DNA of 56,547 bases, the filler included, from Catajapyx aquilonaris (Eukaryota): assembly GCA_000934665.2 (NCBI GenBank). It is 2 parts of 2 records of this genome, joined end to end, with 100 filler letters (N's around TTAATTAATTAA, not from the genome) between each part and the next. Parts side by side here need not be neighbours in the genome. Positions count along the whole stretch, not along the records: positions 28,326 to 56,547 come from JYFJ02004952.1; 1 more part is not named here. The stretch is one strand, 5' to 3'. The position numbers were made by a program, and so were the translations under genes. The notes beneath the pieces were generated by a model. It did not search any database. It was not told the DNA's origin and was given only the letters and a program-made list of their open reading frames with translations. Shown here in pieces: positions 50,355 to 56,547 of this stretch; position 1 is the stretch's first letter; each line of letters begins with the position of its first letter.

Positions 50355-51071
50355 CAGGGTGGTTGTGAAGTAACTGCCTATTGGAAATGTGTAATAAAAT
50401 TGTCAAATATTGCTAGATTTTCATGAAACAAGTTTTATTCTGTACCTTACAATGGGAGAATTTAAACTCCCACCAGTATGCAACTCCACGGCCCCAGGTG
50501 GCAGCAGCAGTCCCGATACCAGTCAAAGTGGCGCAGCTGGCGTCCCGTTTTGAAGTCGGGGGTCGGTGGTTAAAGTGCAGAGATGGTGGCGATACATACA
50601 CGGACCTCGTGCCACAGTTCACCCGAAGACCATAAAGAACTGCCATTCGAAGCTGATGAGCACGGGATCCGTGATGGACAGCCATAGGAGTGGTCGTCCG
50701 TCGACGTCGATGACATAGGAAAACGTGGCACCGCGATGGTTCGCCCGGTTCGCCCATAGTGGCTTTATGGTCCTGGGGTGAACTGTGGCACGAGGTCTGT
50801 GTATGGATCGCCACCATCTCTGCACTTTAACCACCGACCTCCGACTTCAAAACGGAACGCCAGCTGAGCTTTCTCACGAGCACTAAGTTTCTGCGCCATT
50901 TTTACTGGTATCGGGACTGCTGCTGCCGCCTGGGGCGTGGAGTTGCATACTGGCGGCAGTTTAAATTCTCCCATTGTAAGGTACAGAATAAAACTTGTTT
51001 CATGAAAATCGAGCAATATTTGACAATTTTATTACACATTTCCAATAGGCAGTTACTTTACAACCACCCTG
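50355..51071. mobile_element. Tc1/mariner foldback element made of two inverted transposon 5' ends
   Basis: ta|cagggtggttgt ... acaaccaccctg|ta with about 280-300-bp arms. Arms encode MAQKLSAREKAQLA.RFEV / VVKVQRWWR..HPKTIKNCHSKLMSTGSVMDSHRSGRPSTS (transposase HTH plus GRP motif). Confidence 0.88.
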
Positions 51072-54000
51072 TAGATAGATGGCGTCTTCTGATCCACATG
51101 ATAGTGGATTCCTCTCGCAGATGGCATGGCTTCCCAACAATCAAGGTGCGATGAAGGGATGTCTTCATTTTTTGTAATTTGCTCGTCCACGTCAACTTTA
51201 CAAGTTAACATAGCCATAAAACATATCGTTGTTTCTGGCTCAATGTGGCCACTCGTATTTGTACACACCTCATGTCACAAGCACTTTGTCATGTCACTAG
51301 CAAATGACACAATTATAATAGTGAACTCTTCTTTTTAATTATTGATGCTGAAGTTCATTGCCAACATGTTTGTTTGTGTCTGGATTTTCTTTTGCACTGC
51401 TCCTTGCAGGTTGCGAGACAACCATCGTTTTGGACCTCTCTGGTTAAGGGAGCAAGGACCAGGAGCCCCAACCATCTTCTCTTATGTGCTGAGTCGTCTA
51501 CTTTCGCTCTAGTTTGTCCTGTTCCAGAGCGGTGATGCCGGTGAAGGGAATTATTAATTTATTGATTAATATTGTTCCTTACCATCATGTTGGGCGTTAC
51601 GTCCTTTCGAGGGAATATCCCCTTACATGCAATCGTGGTGGGACTGTCCAACCGTTTCAATGCCAGCCTTTGACGCGAGGAAGTCCATGGCTCGAGTGCA
51701 TCTTCTTATCCATATTGACAATCCAGAATTGACCATTTTGTGGGTGACTTATTCGTTGCCATGATTCACAACACAGACGGTTGAGTGCCGAGCTCAATGG
51801 GAAGCTGGAATGTGGGGGTGTCGTGGGGTGTCCTCCATGCTTCTCGTTTTACACTTTCGAGGGTTGGGACTCAACTTATATAAACCTTCTGGCCAATTAA
51901 GGAAACTATTTGCTCCATGTTCCAGTATTCAATTTCCTGGAGCACTTCAATAATAATGTTGTCTTGATCCAAGAACCATCCTGTTTAGGCGAGGGCGGAC
52001 TTGAGTACAAGCAGTCATTGCTTTATTGAGTTCGACCAGTGTCAAAAAAGATGGAAAGTTCATTCCGTGTCGCCATGCTGCATAGTTGGGCAAATATGTC
52101 AGTGAGATTCAGGATAGGAATTCAATTGGTACATGCAATAATATTAAAAAGGGTTATTGGAGCTTAGGAATATGACATTTCTAAGTCTGTGAGTCTGTGA
52201 GGTTGTATCGGCGTGAGGAGACATGGAAGAAGGTGAGGAGCTGTTATTGGGAACTTTCTTTCCAACAGCCGCAAAAGATTACTGGCTTTGGGCGCACGTG
52301 GCATTGGCACCTCTGAAATAAGACCAGGTCTCCTTCAAGGACGTGTCTTGGCCTGTTTATTATTATCATGATTATTTTTTATAACGAATCGTCGTTTTGT
52401 GTAGCCAAGTTTTGATGATTTTGTGGACTTTTTGACTTGTTGTGACCAGATGCTGTGCGAATTCTGTGCTTGGCTGATTACGTCATCGAAAGCAAAATGG
52501 TGTCTCCTCTCGATTCTTGGATATTGGTGTATTGGTGTGGTTTCACATGTCGAAGCTGGGATGGCCCGATTCCGCTCTTTCATGTCAACATAACGGCTGA
52601 GCACGTATCAGAATGTGCTGTTAGTTCTTTTCCAGTCACCGGCTGCAGGTCTCTATTAGGTCACATGTGCTACACTGATTGGCGTACATTTATTACCATT
52701 GTTTGTGGTTCTTGCAATCATATTAATGGGAAGAAATGAGCTCTTTGGGATGAAAAAGTGGTTTTAAAGATTGTGTCGTAGGTGATGAGGTTGGAGTGAA
52801 CCACAACCAACAACACTTCAGATGTGGTGCATCGTTTCGGGAACCGTCCGCAACAAACACACAGATATCCAGGCTTACTTACCAATCTGCTAGGATCAAC
52901 CAGACAGCCAGAGATTTCATGGTTCGTTTAATAAAGAGTTAATTGAATTCAAGTTTCATAACGTACAGGTTGAAAAATTATAACTTTGAAAAAGTTTTTG
53001 CTCGCAGATAATTTCACTGAATGTCGTGAATGGGTTATATCCCACAGGTCCCAATGTAGTACAGCACATGCATGTGAAATCACACTGGTCGCTCCTTGTT
53101 TGTGATTGGCGGTGTTTCCATTTTGTCAATCTGCATGGCCTCCTCTTTCTTGCGACTTGGAGGGACATGGTTGGGAGACCTGGTTGCGTGACCTGGTTGC
53201 GTAGGAAGTTGGTCTTGGTAAATATTTTCTAGCCTATCTGCCCATTGGTGTATTGGAGGATAACTTATTGAAAGTAGTTGTCTGCTGAAGTAATATGGGA
53301 GGGTGAGTCCGTATAGTGTCACTGTGTGGAGGATGTTTAGAGAGTTACTTTTGGAGTTTTTGGAGCTTCCGACTTGGACATCCGATACGATGGTGATAAG
53401 TTATCGTTTAGATCTTCCTAGGCATCAGTAGGGAATGATTATTCACTAGACACTCTCCTGCTCTCATAAATAAATATTCACAAAGACATTACCAAGTGGT
53501 ACTTCTGTAGTTTAGGGGAAAAAAAACAAGGTCATGCATGAGAAAATCTAGTAGCTGGTATAAGAAATTCTCGACTTTTCACAGGAAATGAGTGGCGGTA
53601 TGGATATTCCTTTTGGATCATATTTCATTGGAACTTTGCCGTGGCTGTGATAACTGGCTGCACAAGTATGCCATATGCTGGAGCAACTTGTTACGTTCCT
53701 CTGGTTGGAGTGGGACAAGGTAGGCCCGAGCGTCTGATTTGATGATAACGTCTGGGTCTGGATCAACAATAGTCAGCTCCGTAAATAGTATTTTCAGGCT
53801 ATAGTTTTAAATAAGGAGAGAAAACCTTCTCTTATTGGGTATGTGTAGTGTAGGCCACAAGGTCCCGTATCGTAACAATGATGGCGTGTTAGTTGAATTT
53901 CAAGAATTGCATGTTACGTTGCAGAAACTTTCTTCTGGCATTAAGTTCTGTCTCATGTCCTTCTCATCTGTCTTCCATCCCCGTCCGTTAGCAGCTCTGT

Positions 54001-55475
54001 TGTGTGATTGAAACATTGAATGCTAACTAAAATCCTCACATAACATAGAATAGAAGTTCAGTCTGCATATTTAATAGTTACAAAAACGGTAGTACAGTAC
54101 GTGATGAAATTGGTTGGAATTGATTGCTAAATCTTGTAGGGAGATAATCTTGATTAGGGGCCCATGCTCTTCTCGTATACAGTATCTGGTAACATGTATT
54201 TCTTGGGCTTGGTCAGGCCGCTGGCAGCTCTGCGCAGTGTCACTTTTGTTCAACTGTTAAACACTAAACGACGGTTCCGGCTTGTTCTTAGCTGTCTTTG
54301 TATACATTCGGGCTGTCTCATTAAGGAGAAAAATCATCGGCTCTCTGGAAGCGTGTCTTTAAAAAGCGTCCATAGTTTTCAAGAAGTGATGGCCAATATT
54401 TTGTAACTTAGAGATGTATTGCTGTTGTGTTGAAGTGTTTGTCTCAGTATGCCGTATAGGGTCACTGGCTGAAGTTAACCATCTCGAGGTGTAGAATTGA
54501 AAATAATACTTGATGTATACTTTAGGTATATGGAATTGTGAATGTGGAAGGCGTGCAACGTAAGGAACCATATAATATTATACTACAACATAGTTCCAAA
54601 ACTGGGCAATACGGGAAATGCGGAGAGAACCTGTAGTGAAGACTTTACAACAAGAGGACCACCTGCGACCACCTCCAACACCATAATATAAGAGTTTATG
54701 ATAATTATTTCCAGATTTATTTATTATAGTGCACACACCGTGACCACCAGTTCAAATACTGTAGTTGCATTGGGTGGTGTAATTACTTGCATACTTGTCC
54801 GTGTCTACCAGGGCTGACTTGAATGACGTCTCGTCTGATGTAGGTCTGAGTGAGCGCGATGCAACGCTGTCGTTCTTATACGTACATTATTACATATATT
54901 AAAATATTTCCAGGCCTGCCTCGTGCTTTACCACTACTCGCCCTCATTTCGTGTCACAGTTGTTCTGACTTGGATAGAAGGAAAGGCTGCGAGCTCCGGT
55001 GTCCGCACCTGTGCTCGCCCTGTGGTGCTGGCCGGCCACTAACAGTAAGTGCTGCCCGCCCTAAGAGAGGCTAGTGAACGGGCGAGAACAAGCAGGTCTG
55101 GTATAGCTTCTGGTTCGATTCAGTGCAAGTTCTGGTTCCACTTACCCATGGAGCCAGTAGGCTACAGTACGTACTTGAGTATTTAAAAATGTCAGGTATT
55201 TTGGATTAAAAGGGTTTCGAACCTGATGCATCAGTAAAGAACGGTTTGTCTTGATGCGGCTTGTGTATGTAGGCTACTTCTCAGTAGTTGATGAGTAGCC
55301 GTTTTTCTTCAGACTTTATTTCTACCTTTCATGGCACCTGTACCAGAAGAAGCTCCAGAAGAGGACGTTTATCCATGCTGCATGTTACACTCTTCCTAGC
55401 CATTCAAGGCACACGATCCCCTGGGTGCGGGCCAGAAACCTCCCACGGACATCGCACCTCCCCACGGATGGGTCA

Positions 55476-55648
55476 AGGATAGGAAAGGAAGGGGGTGGCT
55501 GTGGCCTGTTACTTACGGAAGCGACACCGGAATTTTCCTGGGAGGACAGTGGGAAACCACAGAAAACCACGGTCAGGATCGCCGGCCTAGGGACTCGAAC
55601 CCAGGACCTCCCGATTAGCAGTCGGACGCCTTGTCCACTTCTTCGGTT
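55476..55648 (-). mobile_element. SINE family A head/body (older copy, A-box deletion), continuing into a third tail toward about 55385
   Basis: Reverse complement matches the family A head and body up to ctatcc, then diverges. Confidence 0.8.
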
Positions 55649-56547
55649 GGTATTTTATTTGTTATCAAATGATAATCCGTGTCTGTAGGCATGTGTCTTT
55701 TCCCTTCGTCACCGCATTCTGGAGAAACGGCGTGTTATGCAAGGCCAAGAAATGGGCTGGAGGTTGAGAATGAGAGACTTCATTGAAATATTAATTTAGG
55801 CAATGAAATGGTTAAATGACAATAGTAGAATTATGATTGAATGGTAGGAATTGTGGAGTTTTTGTATCACCTGCACATTATTCTCTTGACACTTACTGTT
55901 GGTTCCTACTTTGGAGTATCCCAGTGGTATTGAATTGGAAGGAGTATCACCTGTCGTAATCATTGTTGAATAATGGAAATGACAGCAAGTACTGAGAGAA
56001 ATTGTCAAGTAACTATCAGTACTATGACACTTAACAGTCTGCAGAAATAGTGTTCGGGTATGTCCTGATCTCGAGAGCAGCAATTAGCATAGCAATGACA
56101 TTGATCCGTAAACTGGACATTGAGAGGCTCTCAGGCACCAGTCAGCTGGAGAAAATAACATAATTATGATAAGCTATCAGATGTTCTAAATATTTTTTTG
56201 CGACTTTAAAATGTGGATTGGCCGGAATTGTAATGAGTGTCCTTTGCCAGTGGTCAAGAATTCGCCTCTAGTTTGATGGAGGTCAAGTGAATTGCATGCT
56301 GCTTGCAAGTGCCATAAATTACCATGGTCTGCTGACTTCGGCAATAGCTGATGATCATTCTGAACGACAAGAACATCCGGCTCTTTGCTTGTATTTTATT
56401 AGCAAAGATATCTCTTACACTGTCTGTTCCTGTATAATTGCAGGGTGCAGACTAACTACACAAGATGGCGTCGGAGCAGGATCAGCCGTAACGGTCGCTC
56501 TTGCAGAAGTCTTGGCGACAGGAGACGAGGGACTTGTTTGGTCCTCG

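Noticed and set aside
56443..56547. Acceptor followed by two open frames at the window end
   Set aside because: Too short and unrecognisable; truncated by the window.

Overview
Eukaryotic, most likely arthropod, genomic DNA that is very rich in transposable elements; there are no prokaryotic features. It is split at 28226-28324 by an artificial N-TTAATTAATTAA-N spacer, so the two halves may not be adjacent in the genome. The left half has two convergent host genes: a ZAD + 13xC2H2 zinc-finger gene (+, three coding exons, about 792 aa) and the last three exons of BTBD9 (-). Between and within them are an intron-containing Tc1 element, a fully bounded Transib element (CACAGTG terminus, 5-bp TSD), tRNA-derived SINEs, a small Helitron and many MITEs. 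The right half is mostly decayed TEs: a MADF pseudogene, an old Gypsy element, a 1.2-kb gag-only LTR mini-element with TSD, a LINE, SINEs and palindromic transposase-derived elements. Every retroelement I could orient there lies on the minus strand, around a plus-strand GTSF1/Asterix-like CHHC zinc-finger exon. I cannot demonstrate a new biological system. The best leads are the Transib, the gag-only mini-retrotransposon, a SINE head with three different tails, foldback elements built from two transposase 5' or two 3' ends, and the CHHC exon among antisense TEs. All calls are by eye; no database searches were run.
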